Source: Candidatus Binatia bacterium
Lineage (GTDB): Bacteria > Desulfobacterota > Binatia > Bin18
Length of the DNA stretch: 64,000 nt
Direction of reading: 5' to 3'
NCBI GenBank assembly: GCA_963664395.2
Contig: OY761159.2
Span: 2,656,001 to 2,720,000, forward strand
Shown: positions 40,154 through 49,695 of the stretch, piece after piece
How positions within the stretch are numbered: position 1 is the stretch's first letter
How the letters are laid out: each line of letters opens with the position of its first letter
Made by a program: the position numbers and the translations under genes
The notes under the pieces: generated by a model
Databases searched by the model: none
What the model was told of the DNA's origin: nothing
The model's input: only the letters and a program-made list of their open reading frames with translations

Positions 40154-41371
40154 TCATTGCGTCTGACGAAAATACTCCCGTGCCCGGTCTTCGGCGTTTG
40201 TTTGCACAAGAAAGGTCAGCAGCAGACTGCTGCCCAGGGTTGAGGCGACCAGCGCATAGGACAGGGCGGTGTAGCCGAGGTGGGCCACCGCCAGCCCCCC
40301 GATAGCAGCCCCAACCGCATAACTGACGTAGCCGCTGCCGGATAACACGCCGGTCACTGTTCCTCTCTCTGTTCCGCCTACCTCTATGCCGACGACAAAG
40401 AGGAGCGTTGCCAGCGGCATAGTGAGCACCATAAACACGCTGGTGATCGTAACGGTAAGCCACAGGCTGTCGTCCAATGCAAAAGTGGTCAGGCCAGGCA
40501 GGGTCGCGATGAGGGTCGTGGCCGCTGCTATGGACAAACGCCTTCGGCTTTTCCCTATTCTTCCACCCAGAAAGAGTCCGCAGGTTGTTCCGAGGGCAAC
40601 AATGGAAACAGGCAGGGCGAGTTCTGCGGTGCTGAGGTTATACGTCACTTGGAGGAAGGGGGGAAAGAAAGTCAGGATGAGCCCGTAGGCAGTCCGGACG
40701 GTGAGGTTGGTGAACGCCAGCAGCCAGGTCACAGAACAACGTCCAACCCGTCTGAGGCGGATGCCAAGAGTGAGCAGCTGTCGCTGTGCGGCACTCGCCG
40801 GCGTATAGAGAAACAACGGAAGCGTGCATAACAGGATGGCGCCACCGATAGCAAAAAAAGCAGTCCTCCAGCCCGCATATGCAGCTAAGAGCGTAACAAG
40901 CGGCACGCCGATAACACTACTCAGACCCGGCTGTGTCGTGACTACGGCGACGCCCATGGCTCGTTTTTCAGGAGGCAGGAGGTCGCCGAGTAACGCAATG
41001 CACGTAGGTGGTACCATGCCTCCACCCACGCCGGCGAGGATGCGGGATACTGCCGCGCTAGGGAGATTCGGAGCCAAGGCCGTCCCGATTGAAGCCAGGC
41101 CGACCAGCAAGGTGCCAGCCAGTAAAACCGGCTTTCGGCCATACGCATCGGAAAACGGGCCAACGACAAGAGCGGTTGCAGCCCAGGCGACAGCGGCCGA
41201 GGTGACGAGTTGAGCGACGGCCGGAACTGTTGTGTGCCAATCGTGCGACATAGCGATCAACAGCGGCCCCAACATGCTGAGCGCGGTCAATACGGCAAAG
41301 ACCGTACATCCGATTGTGATAAGAAACAGGGGCGTATTGACGGGGTGGGTCGGTGCTGACGAAGTTGGCAT
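40154..41371 (-). CDS. MFS transporter
   Basis: Motif A GPFSDAYGRKPVL; about 12 hydrophobic segments. Confidence 0.88.
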   Translation of the reverse strand: MPTSSAPTHPVNTPLFLITIGCTVFAVLTALSMLGPLLIAMSHDWHTTVPAVAQLVTSAAVAWAATALVVGPFSDAYGRKPVLLAGTLLVGLASIGTALAPNLPSAAVSRILAGVGGGMVPPTCIALLGDLLPPEKRAMGVAVVTTQPGLSSVIGVPLVTLLAAYAGWRTAFFAIGGAILLCTLPLFLYTPASAAQRQLLTLGIRLRRVGRCSVTWLLAFTNLTVRTAYGLILTFFPPFLQVTYNLSTAELALPVSIVALGTTCGLFLGGRIGKSRRRLSIAAATTLIATLPGLTTFALDDSLWLTVTITSVFMVLTMPLATLLFVVGIEVGGTERGTVTGVLSGSGYVSYAVGAAIGGLAVAHLGYTALSYALVASTLGSSLLLTFLVQTNAEDRAREYFRQTQ

Positions 41372-41486
41372 GGCTAGGTGTGACGAATCGCGCTATCAGT
41401 TTGCTGTGGACAGAGCAAGACTGAGAGCGTCCGGTTTGATGCTGTCATCGCTTGCCTGACACAGGCAGCCTGGGAAGAGAGTCGGC

Positions 41487-42209
41487 ATGGCAGAAAAAGT
41501 CTGTATTGTCACTGGTGTTGGACGGGGAACAGGGCAGGGTGCCGTCCGTCGGTTTGCCGCGGGTGGCTACCGGGTTGCCATGCTGGCCCGCAATCGAGAA
41601 CGCCTCACCCAGTTTGAGCAGGAGATTGCAGGGACCGCCGCATATCCGTGTGACATCAGAAATGAAGCGGAAGTAAACGCCACGGTTGCGGCCATTGCCG
41701 AGCAGCTTGGCCCCCCGACTGTCTTGATTCATAACGCCGTCAGTTTTGATGCGATCTTCGGCACCTTCTTGGAGATCGACCCGGCGAGTCTTCAGCACAA
41801 CTTTCAGGTCAACACCATGGGGCTGCTGTATATGGCCAGGGCGGTGACACCGTATATGCTTGAAGCCGGGCAGGGCGCGATGCTGGTGACGGGCAATACC
41901 GCGTCGAGACGGGGCCGGCCGCAATTTGCCGCCTTTGCGCCCACCAAAACAGCCCAGCGTATTCTCACCGAATCCATCGCCCGAACCCTGGGCCCGCAAG
42001 GCATACACGTTGCTTTTCTTGTGATTGACGGCGGTATTGATATGCCGTTTGCACGCGCATTGCTCAAGGACAAACCGGACGACTTTTTCATTAAAACTTC
42101 AGCCATTGCCGACACCATCTGGAACATCGTCCACCAGGACCGCTCGGGCTGGACGTTTGAGCTTGATATCCGGCCGTTCGGAGAGGAATGGTCGCACGGA
42201 AGATGGTAG
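41487..42209 (+). CDS. SDR oxidoreductase
   Basis: TGVGRGTG, HNA, TGNTAS.RG, FAPTK, LGPQGIHVA. Confidence 0.85.
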   Translation: MAEKVCIVTGVGRGTGQGAVRRFAAGGYRVAMLARNRERLTQFEQEIAGTAAYPCDIRNEAEVNATVAAIAEQLGPPTVLIHNAVSFDAIFGTFLEIDPASLQHNFQVNTMGLLYMARAVTPYMLEAGQGAMLVTGNTASRRGRPQFAAFAPTKTAQRILTESIARTLGPQGIHVAFLVIDGGIDMPFARALLKDKPDDFFIKTSAIADTIWNIVHQDRSGWTFELDIRPFGEEWSHGRW

Positions 42210-42244
42210 GCCGGCAAGCTCAGTAATCCGGAGAAGAGAGGCGG

Positions 42245-42538
42245 TTACATCGCAAGATAGGTATTGATCGCCTTCCTGCCATCCACGACGAGGGCAATCT
42301 CAACGCTCTCGATTGCGGGCTGTGTCGTCAGCTCTAAAGTCGTCCGAATATCATTAACGGCATGCTCGGTGACATCCGCGATGACGTACAGTTTTCGCTT
42401 ACCGAGATCGGCCACTGTGTTGACGATGGTCACACCGGGAAAGGGATTCATGAGCCGTTCCTGGACGACCTGGGCCGCAGCTCTATTCTCAGCCTGGCTC
42501 GCTCCCGCGCGCCAGATGACGGTAATTAATACATCCAT
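42245..42538 (-). CDS. Small hypothetical protein (DUF3303/GYD-like ferredoxin fold possible)
   Basis: 97-aa ORF with GGAGG RBS; family guess is weak. Confidence 0.5.
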   Translation of the reverse strand: MDVLITVIWRAGASQAENRAAAQVVQERLMNPFPGVTIVNTVADLGKRKLYVIADVTEHAVNDIRTTLELTTQPAIESVEIALVVDGRKAINTYLAM

Positions 42539-42674
42539 ATACGCCTCCCGTGTGAAAGAGTGCTCTCTTTTGGCCTGCTTGTTGTACTGCTTTTTGATGA
42601 GGCTGCAAACCTTATATTAAGAAGACATGACTCAATGTGGGCCGCATTGAGCAGCTTCCACAGGTTTTTTTGAC

Positions 42675-42706
42675 TTGACGAAAAAACTATAACATGTTTT
42701 AAGTTT
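42675..42706 (+). promoter_or_regulatory. Candidate promoter and TetR operator
   Basis: TTGACG followed by the imperfect palindrome AAACTATAACATGTTTTAAGTTT just upstream of tetR. Confidence 0.35.
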
Positions 42707-42716
42707 GTACTTCACC

Positions 42717-43412
42717 ATGTTACGCGAGATACACAAGACCGAGCGGAAACAGCGGATTCTGAGTGCGGCCCGGCGTTTGATCCGCCAAGAAGGCTATCCG
42801 CGTATGTCTATGCGGGAATTAGCGCGGGAAGCGCAGGTCAGCCTGGTTACGCCCTACAACCTGTTCGGTTCTAAGGCCAGTGTTCTCTATGCCCTGCTCG
42901 AATCTTTTTTTGATACACTCGATACTGCTCTTGACGAGCTTGTCCCCCAAGACCCGATTGACGCCATGTACGACCTCACCCAGTTCTCGGTTAAAGAGTA
43001 CGCACGCGACCCGGTCTTTTATCGCAGCTTGCTGTCTTCGATGATGACAACAGGTGAACTCTTGCCGGTTCCCCGTATTGTTCAGCGTTGTACAACCTTG
43101 TGGCAGCGCGGGCTTGATGCCGGCATTGCCCAGGGATTGTTTCAGGCCCAGACTCGCTCCGACCTCGTTGCGCGGCAGGTTCAGATCAATTACCGGGGGG
43201 CGATGGAACTCTGGATTGAGGGCGGGGTAGATATCGAAGGCTTTGAAACGCAATTGCTGTACGGGTTGAGTTTATGCCTATTGGCAATAGCCACAGCCAC
43301 CGGGCGCGCGCGTTTGCTGGGTCGTTTGCAGAGGCTTGAGGAGCAATTGGACGCTCGAACACAAAATTGGACCACGGAATACGAAGAACAACACAGGGAG
43401 GAAGCGCAATGA
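42717..43412 (+). CDS. TetR/AcrR-family transcriptional regulator
   Basis: RILSAARRLI...GY..MSMRELAREAQVS..TPYNLFGSK. Confidence 0.9.
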   Translation: MLREIHKTERKQRILSAARRLIRQEGYPRMSMRELAREAQVSLVTPYNLFGSKASVLYALLESFFDTLDTALDELVPQDPIDAMYDLTQFSVKEYARDPVFYRSLLSSMMTTGELLPVPRIVQRCTTLWQRGLDAGIAQGLFQAQTRSDLVARQVQINYRGAMELWIEGGVDIEGFETQLLYGLSLCLLAIATATGRARLLGRLQRLEEQLDARTQNWTTEYEEQHREEAQ

Positions 43413-44716
43413 GTACGACAACAAACGGAACTATGGTAAACGGGAACGGTTCGGCAAACGGGAACGGTTTGGCCGGCGGCTATAAGTGGCACAATAAATA
43501 TCCCCACCTCGGGACCGGCCCGATTCCTGCGGATGTGTTCATCTCGCAAGAGCAGTTTGAACTGGAACGTGAGCGCATTTTCAAGAAAGTCTGGTTGAAC
43601 GTCGGGCGGGTGGAACGAATTCCGAACGCCGGAGACTATTTTGTCCAAGACCTGGCCGTGTGTAACACCTCGGTCATTGTCGTCCGCGGCAAAGACGGGG
43701 CGGTGCGTGCCTTTCATAATATGTGCTCGCACCGGGGGAATAAAATCGCGTGGGATCAGGGCGGGACGTGCCAGAATTTTACCTGCAAGTTTCACGGCTG
43801 GAGTTACGGCGTGGATGGGAAGTTGAAGTTCGTCCCGGATGAAGAGAGATTTTTTGATCTGAAGAAAGAGACCTTGGGACTCACACGGGTGGCGGTGGAC
43901 GTGTGGGAAGGCTTTATCTTCATCAATGTCGATCCCCAGCCGACCGAGACCTTGCAGGACTACCTGGGCGACGTGGCGACCGGGCTGAAGGGCTATCCGT
44001 TTGCCGCCTTGTCAACCACCAGTACCTCGTGGACCTCAGAGGTCAAGGCCAACTGGAAGGTCATCAAGGATGCCTTTCAGGAAGTGTATCATGTCGCCTT
44101 TTTGCACAAACGATCCATTCCGGACTCTTTTACCAGCAAAGACAATCCGTACGCCCACTCCCTGGATGTCAGGCTGTATCCACGCCATGGCAGTATGTCG
44201 CTGTTTGGGAGTGCAGAGTACAAGCCGAGTCCGGTTGCAAAACTGGCGGCTCAGAATGGTGAGATTATCATTCGGAGCGACTTCTCGATGGACAGTCTGC
44301 CGACAGGGGTGAATCCGCTGCGGAGTGAAGCCTGGTCGCTGGACCTGAACGTGATCTTCCCGGCTTTCTTTGTCGATGTGTCTCAGGGGTCGTATTTTAC
44401 CCATCAGTTCATTCCCGTTGGCGTGGATAAGACCTTGTGGACATCCACGCAGTACTACACCAAGGCGACCACGCCGGGTCAGCGTTTCAGCCAGGAATAT
44501 GGCAACGTGATCTTTCGCGATATTATTCTGGAGGACGGCCGGACATTTGAAGAAATCCAATCCATGCTCTCGTCCGGCGCGAAAAAAGAATTTTACCTGC
44601 ACGACGAAGAGATTCTTGTCCGACACAGCCATGATGCCATTGACAAGATGCTCACGGGTCAACCCGTTGATAGCGCGTTTGCTCCGAATGGAAAGGCGGC
44701 GGCTGCCCATGCCTGA
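43409..44716 (+). CDS. Rieske non-heme iron oxygenase alpha subunit
   Basis: CSHRG...CKFHGW Rieske motif, NWK...DAFQEVYHVAFLH, ED; ATGA overlap with tetR. Confidence 0.9.
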   Translation: MSTTTNGTMVNGNGSANGNGLAGGYKWHNKYPHLGTGPIPADVFISQEQFELERERIFKKVWLNVGRVERIPNAGDYFVQDLAVCNTSVIVVRGKDGAVRAFHNMCSHRGNKIAWDQGGTCQNFTCKFHGWSYGVDGKLKFVPDEERFFDLKKETLGLTRVAVDVWEGFIFINVDPQPTETLQDYLGDVATGLKGYPFAALSTTSTSWTSEVKANWKVIKDAFQEVYHVAFLHKRSIPDSFTSKDNPYAHSLDVRLYPRHGSMSLFGSAEYKPSPVAKLAAQNGEIIIRSDFSMDSLPTGVNPLRSEAWSLDLNVIFPAFFVDVSQGSYFTHQFIPVGVDKTLWTSTQYYTKATTPGQRFSQEYGNVIFRDIILEDGRTFEEIQSMLSSGAKKEFYLHDEEILVRHSHDAIDKMLTGQPVDSAFAPNGKAAAAHA

Positions 44717-45035
44717 GGCACGTTTACCCGAACAGTTCCAAGACTTGGAAAAATGGCTCGCCTGGTCGTTGGAAACCGAAGGCGAGCGGAGCGACCAACG
44801 CCAAGCCAGCACCATGGAAGACATCACCGCTTTCTATGGGGCCATGCTGGCGCGCATGGAAGAGGTGCTGCCCTACCTGGAGCGGTTCAGCCTGGAGGAA
44901 CTCCCGGACGATGCCAAGCGGCTCTTTTATCTGACCCTGTCCTTGGCGGAAGTTGCGCCCGCAGTTGAGCAGTTCGGCCAACCCAGTGTGGTGGACGGCT
45001 ACGACATCAAACGCTTTGTCGCCACCCACAGATAA
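44709..45035 (+). CDS. Small acidic hypothetical protein coupled to the Rieske oxygenase
   Basis: MPEARLPEQFQDLE.W..W.L..E.ER...R..S.ME...AFY.AM; overlaps the oxygenase stop by 8 nt. Confidence 0.7.
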   Translation: MPEARLPEQFQDLEKWLAWSLETEGERSDQRQASTMEDITAFYGAMLARMEEVLPYLERFSLEELPDDAKRLFYLTLSLAEVAPAVEQFGQPSVVDGYDIKRFVATHR

Positions 45036-45064
45036 GGCAGAACGGTCAGTCTCACCTTGGTTCG

Positions 45065-45094
45065 AAGAGGGGCAACTCATGCCCCTCTTTTGTT
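45065..45094 (+). terminator. Intrinsic terminator
   Basis: AAGAGGGGCA-ACTCA-TGCCCCTCTT followed by TTGTT. Confidence 0.65.
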
Positions 45095-45123
45095 ATGACG
45101 AGGAGATATGGGAGGAATGGTAG

Positions 45124-45678
45124 ATGTGTGACCGCATGGAGCACTATCGGATCATCTGGGAGCGTATCAGAGAAACGTACTACACCGGATATATGAGAGT
45201 AGAGCATGGACTGCAGGCAGCCTTGTATGCGGAATTGATAACCTTGCCGGGCGTCAATGTTGTTGTCGAACCGGGATGGCGTGTGGGTAGACCGCTCCAG
45301 CATCCTGACCTGGTCATAGTGGAAGGAGGGACAATCACCGATATTTTTGAGCTGAAATTCCTGCCCTGGAGGTACCCTCAATTTCAGAAAGATATCAATA
45401 AATTACTGGGATACCTGGCCCATCAGGAGTATCCGGTACGCCTGTCCGCGTACGAGGACCCAGACACGTACCAGGAGCGGAATTTGCCGTTACATCAAGA
45501 CGTTTGTCTGCATTTTGTCGCGGTGGGGCAGCACGACGCTATTGCCGTGCTGCCCCACCGCCTCGTGGAAGAAATGCCGGTACTGCAAAATAATCCGGGA
45601 AGACTGAATCACTGGTTTGGACGGGTCGGAGGTGACACCGACGAGAAGAGAGAATGGTCTATCGCGTTTGGTATCTAA
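45124..45678 (+). CDS. Hypothetical protein with PD-(D/E)xK-like nuclease motif
   Basis: E..LQ..LY..L, HPDLVIV, IFELKF, KDINKL. Confidence 0.5.
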   Translation: MCDRMEHYRIIWERIRETYYTGYMRVEHGLQAALYAELITLPGVNVVVEPGWRVGRPLQHPDLVIVEGGTITDIFELKFLPWRYPQFQKDINKLLGYLAHQEYPVRLSAYEDPDTYQERNLPLHQDVCLHFVAVGQHDAIAVLPHRLVEEMPVLQNNPGRLNHWFGRVGGDTDEKREWSIAFGI

Positions 45679-45783
45679 ATACCGACAGAGGACAGACTGC
45701 ATCATCTCTGGATACCAGCCGCGAGAAGATGATACGTTTGATCCGTTTCGCTTTGTTCCACACCATACACAAAGGAGGTTGGT

Positions 45784-46278
45784 ATGATTCGCCCCGAACG
45801 GATGGCCCACGTTGTGATTACGGTCCGCGACGTTGAACGCTCAAAGAAGTTTTATACCGAAGTGCTGGGGATGCAGGTCATGAAAGACGTGCCTGAAATT
45901 GGTGCAGTCTTTTTGGCCAATCATACCCGCGACCACCACGAGATCGCGCTGTTTCAGATCGGCCCCGACGCCGAATCGCCTAAGTCTGGCCAAATCGGAC
46001 TCGCCCACATTGCCTTTCGTCTGCGGAGCGAAGAGGAACTCAAGGTGGCGTATGAAGAACTCAAGGCGAAAGAGGTGCCGGTGAGCTTCACCGTGAACCA
46101 CGGCGTGACCAAAAGCGTCTATTTTCGTGACCCGGACGGTCACGAGCTCGAAGTCTACTGCGACAACCCCATAGAAGAATATGCCGGGATGCCCAACGCC
46201 TATCTGGGTATGGATAAGCTGGAATTCGCGCCGGACGAGCGGGGCCTGGCGGATGTGATTGCTTCGCTGAGACAGTAA
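45784..46278 (+). CDS. VOC-family protein (extradiol dioxygenase-like)
   Basis: HVVITVRD, HHEIAL, GLAHIAF, SVYFRDPDGHELE. Confidence 0.88.
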   Translation: MIRPERMAHVVITVRDVERSKKFYTEVLGMQVMKDVPEIGAVFLANHTRDHHEIALFQIGPDAESPKSGQIGLAHIAFRLRSEEELKVAYEELKAKEVPVSFTVNHGVTKSVYFRDPDGHELEVYCDNPIEEYAGMPNAYLGMDKLEFAPDERGLADVIASLRQ

Positions 46279-46291
46279 TTTTGGAGCACGC

Positions 46292-47734
46292 ATGGGCATT
46301 CGGACCGGCGCACAATACCGAGAGAGTTTGCGAGACGGGCGGAGCATTTATGTGAATGGCGAACGGGTCAAAGATGTTACGACCTATCCGCCGTTCCAGG
46401 GTGTGGTGGAGACCCTTGCCTCTCTGTACGACCTCCAACACGAGTCTGCGCATCAGCCCCCGCTGACCTACCCGTCTCCCAAGGACGGCCAACCGGTCGG
46501 GCTCTCTTTTTTGATGGCGGACAGTATCGAAGATGTCGAGCGTCGCGTCCGGGCCGAGGAATTTCGGGCGGAGCTAACCTGTGGCTTGATGGGCCGTATG
46601 CCAGACTTCATGAACGCCTTGGTGACGGACGCCGCGATTGCGGCACCGTTTATTGGTCAACGTGAGCCGCGTTTTGGTGAGAATGCGCTCCACTATTACG
46701 AAGAATGTCGGGATGAGGATTGGTGCCTGACCCATACCTTGGTTGATCCCCAGATCGACCGCTCAAAAGGGCCGGCGGAACAGCACGACCCTGATGCGGC
46801 TTTGCACCTGGTACGCGAGACAGACAACGGCATTGTGGTCAGTGGCGCCCGGATGCTTTCCACGCTCGCGCCCTTTTCCAACGAGTTATGGGTAGGACCG
46901 TTCTATCCGCGCAAACCGGGAGAAGAAGCCTATACCTTATGCTTCGCTGTCCCCATGGATACCCCGGGCCTGAAGTTTATCTGCCGCGAGGCGTACAACA
47001 CAGGCAGGAGTCGGTTTGATCGCCCGTTGTCGTATCGGTTTGATGAAGAAGATGCCTTGGCAATTTTTGATACGGTCGAGGTGCCCTGGGAGCGTGTTTT
47101 CATTAACGGCGATATTGAGGCATCCAACTACATTCTTGGACAGGCGCCCGGCTATGCGCTGCTCCAGGCGGTCATTCGCGGAACCGTCAAGCTGCGTTTC
47201 ATGGCCGGGCTGGCCTGTTCCGTAGCAGAGGCAATCGGCCGGACCAAGGCCCAGCATGTACAGGCCCAGCTTGGTGAGTTGGTTGCCAATGTTGAAATTG
47301 CCAATGGCCTGCTCCAGGCGTCTGCGCACAATGTTGTCACAAACCATAAAGAAGGTGGCTCGCTGCGTTCGCTCGCAGCCTCGTTGTGGGTGTTTATTCC
47401 TCAGGCCCAGATGCGGGCGGCTGAAGTGATCCGCCAGGTCAGTGGCAGCGGCCTGATCATGACTCCCACGGAAGGGGATTTGCAAAACCCGGAGATCGCG
47501 CCCTATCTCGAACGCTATCTCCAGGGTAAAAACCTGTCGGCGCGCAATCGGGTGCAGCTCTTTAAGCTGGCCTGGGACATGTTGGGTGAGCAATTCGGCA
47601 GCCGTCAGTTGCAGTACGAATGGTTCTACGCCGGTGATCCCACGTTTACCCGGTCACGTTTTTATCACTCACCAGCGGTGAAAGAGTATAAGGCCATGGT
47701 GGAGCGGATGTTGGACGAGGGGAAGAACGCCTAG
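46292..47734 (+). CDS. 4-hydroxyphenylacetate 3-hydroxylase family oxygenase component (HpaB-like)
   Basis: RTGAQY.ESLRDGR, GRMPDFMN, PQIDR, GLKFICR, FDEEDA, FGSRQLQYEWFYAGDP. Confidence 0.9.
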   Translation: MGIRTGAQYRESLRDGRSIYVNGERVKDVTTYPPFQGVVETLASLYDLQHESAHQPPLTYPSPKDGQPVGLSFLMADSIEDVERRVRAEEFRAELTCGLMGRMPDFMNALVTDAAIAAPFIGQREPRFGENALHYYEECRDEDWCLTHTLVDPQIDRSKGPAEQHDPDAALHLVRETDNGIVVSGARMLSTLAPFSNELWVGPFYPRKPGEEAYTLCFAVPMDTPGLKFICREAYNTGRSRFDRPLSYRFDEEDALAIFDTVEVPWERVFINGDIEASNYILGQAPGYALLQAVIRGTVKLRFMAGLACSVAEAIGRTKAQHVQAQLGELVANVEIANGLLQASAHNVVTNHKEGGSLRSLAASLWVFIPQAQMRAAEVIRQVSGSGLIMTPTEGDLQNPEIAPYLERYLQGKNLSARNRVQLFKLAWDMLGEQFGSRQLQYEWFYAGDPTFTRSRFYHSPAVKEYKAMVERMLDEGKNA

Positions 47735-47778
47735 ACGGTCGGGGCAACACCGTGGTTACCCCGACGCAATGCGGGAGA

Positions 47779-48315
47779 TTAGCTCGGAGGATTGGTTGAA
47801 ACGATATCCGGCGTCTCTTCCAAACCAAGCGCGGCAAGGGGCGCTTCAAAACGCTCAGTCATCACACCATCCTCAGCGTTAAAATCCCGAGTGAAGCAGC
47901 AGTATTCCATCTGCATGCCGTTGGGGTCCTTAAAGTAAATCGACTTGGCCCAGTCGTGGTCCACGACGGCTGAGACCTCAACCCCTTTGTCCCGCAGCTC
48001 TTGTCGCTTTTCTTCGAGCGCGGCTTCCGTGCCGGCCTCAAAAGCGAAGTGATAGAACGCACTCGGCACGCCCAGTCCCCGGTTGATGCCGGCGTCGTAC
48101 TCGACCGGAACACCAGGAATACTCTTGGCTTCCATAAAAGCGAGCAACTGGTCACGGCCGGTGTCAAAAAAGATATGCCGAATGTGGCCGCCTTCTTTGA
48201 TCTTGATGGTGTCGCAGCGAACCGGCTTGAAGCCCAGGATGTCTTCGTAAAACTCGCGCGTCTTATCCAAGTCGAGCGTTGATAGTCCAATATGAGAAAA
48301 GCCTTTCTGTGTCAT
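47779..48315 (-). CDS. VOC-family protein
   Basis: SHIGLST.DLD.T..FY, HFAF, VVDH.W.KSIYFKDPNG..ME; GGAGG before MTQKG. Confidence 0.85.
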   Translation of the reverse strand: MTQKGFSHIGLSTLDLDKTREFYEDILGFKPVRCDTIKIKEGGHIRHIFFDTGRDQLLAFMEAKSIPGVPVEYDAGINRGLGVPSAFYHFAFEAGTEAALEEKRQELRDKGVEVSAVVDHDWAKSIYFKDPNGMQMEYCCFTRDFNAEDGVMTERFEAPLAALGLEETPDIVSTNPPS

Positions 48316-48421
48316 GACCGAACCCTCCTTTTTCGCGTCTGTGGTTCCGCTGCCTTTTTTTGGGTCTACCACAGCTTCCGAAGGAAAGAAACCGAGAAAA
48401 CCGCCCGCTGCGCGCTTCTCA

Positions 48422-48451
48422 TTGACACACTGCGAGCAGGCCGAGTAGGTT
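48422..48451 (+). promoter_or_regulatory. Sigma70-type promoter
   Basis: TTGACA-N18-TAGGTT upstream of the LLM gene at 48480. Confidence 0.45.
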
Positions 48452-48479
48452 CTCCTGGCCGGACAATGAGGAGGCAGGT

Positions 48480-49550
48480 ATGGATTTCGGCGTACTCGTA
48501 TTTCCCAAACCGGACCGCTGCGTAGACCACGCCAGGCTGGCTGAGGCGCAGGGCTTCAGCCATGTGTGGGTTGAAGACTCGCCCATGATGGCCGGGGATG
48601 TGTACCTGTGTCTGGGTTTGATGGCGCAGCACACCACCCGAGTTACCCTCGGAACCGGCGTGGCGGTGGTCGGAACGCGCAGCGCGCCCGTGGCTGCCCA
48701 TGCCATTGCTACGGTCAATCAGCTTGCCCCCGGACGCGTCGTCTTTGGGCTGGGGACCGGCAATAGCGCGCGGCGAGCGATGGGGCTACCGCCCTGTTCT
48801 CTACGTGAGCTGCGCGAGTACATCGCGATTCTGCGTGGCCTGCTGAGCAACCGGGAGGTGACCTACCAGGAGGGAGCGGAGACGCGTCGGATCAAATTTT
48901 TTCATAAAGACTACGAGTTTATTAACACGCGCGAGCCAATTCCCATTTATGTGGCAGCCAATGCGCCCCGGGCCATGCGGCTGGCCGGCGAGTTGGGCGA
49001 CGGCTGGCTGACCTCACGGACCAATACGGTCGAAGGCTTTCAGGATGCCTGGCGCCAGGTCACCTCCGGTATTGAGCACGCTGGAAAAAATTCGGACCGT
49101 GTAGACCGTGTGCTCTTTACCACGGCGTGTCTGCTGCGGCCGAACGAAGGACTGGATTCTGAACGAGTCAAAGCGCAGGCCGGCCCGTGGGTAACCGTCG
49201 CCTTGCACTCACTCTATGAAACGCTCACAGATCCCGACGCCGCTCCAGCGCCCCTCCGCTCCACCTTTGCTCACTACAAAGCCTTCATGGAGCAACGCCT
49301 CCAAGCCAAAGATGATTACTATTTTGACTTGCACGCCGGCCACTGTTTATACGTCCGTGAGGAAGAAGCACAGTTTGTGACACCGGAAGCCATTCAGGCG
49401 ACCACGCTGACGGCCCGGCCCGACGCCTTGTTGGAACGGCTCCGCAGTCTGGAGCAGGCCGGCGTCCGCCAGGTTACTTTTATTCCGACCTTTGACGCCT
49501 TTGAAGAATTTGTGACAGCATTCGGAGAAAAGGTGATTGCCCGTTGGTAG
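48480..49550 (+). CDS. LLM-class oxidoreductase (Mer-like)
   Basis: AEAQGFSHVWVEDS, LGTGVAV, LAPGRVVFGLGTG, IPIYVAA..P. Confidence 0.85.
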   Translation: MDFGVLVFPKPDRCVDHARLAEAQGFSHVWVEDSPMMAGDVYLCLGLMAQHTTRVTLGTGVAVVGTRSAPVAAHAIATVNQLAPGRVVFGLGTGNSARRAMGLPPCSLRELREYIAILRGLLSNREVTYQEGAETRRIKFFHKDYEFINTREPIPIYVAANAPRAMRLAGELGDGWLTSRTNTVEGFQDAWRQVTSGIEHAGKNSDRVDRVLFTTACLLRPNEGLDSERVKAQAGPWVTVALHSLYETLTDPDAAPAPLRSTFAHYKAFMEQRLQAKDDYYFDLHAGHCLYVREEEAQFVTPEAIQATTLTARPDALLERLRSLEQAGVRQVTFIPTFDAFEEFVTAFGEKVIARW

Positions 49551-49695
49551 GATATCGGTCGGATAGTATGGACTGACTCCTTGCCCATGTTTCTCGCTTG
49601 ATCTCTCAGGCGCGCTCCGATACAGCGGAGGAACGTTTGACCCGCATCCCGTACCTCCCGTACTGCCCGCACATTTTGGGAGTGATAGGACAGGC

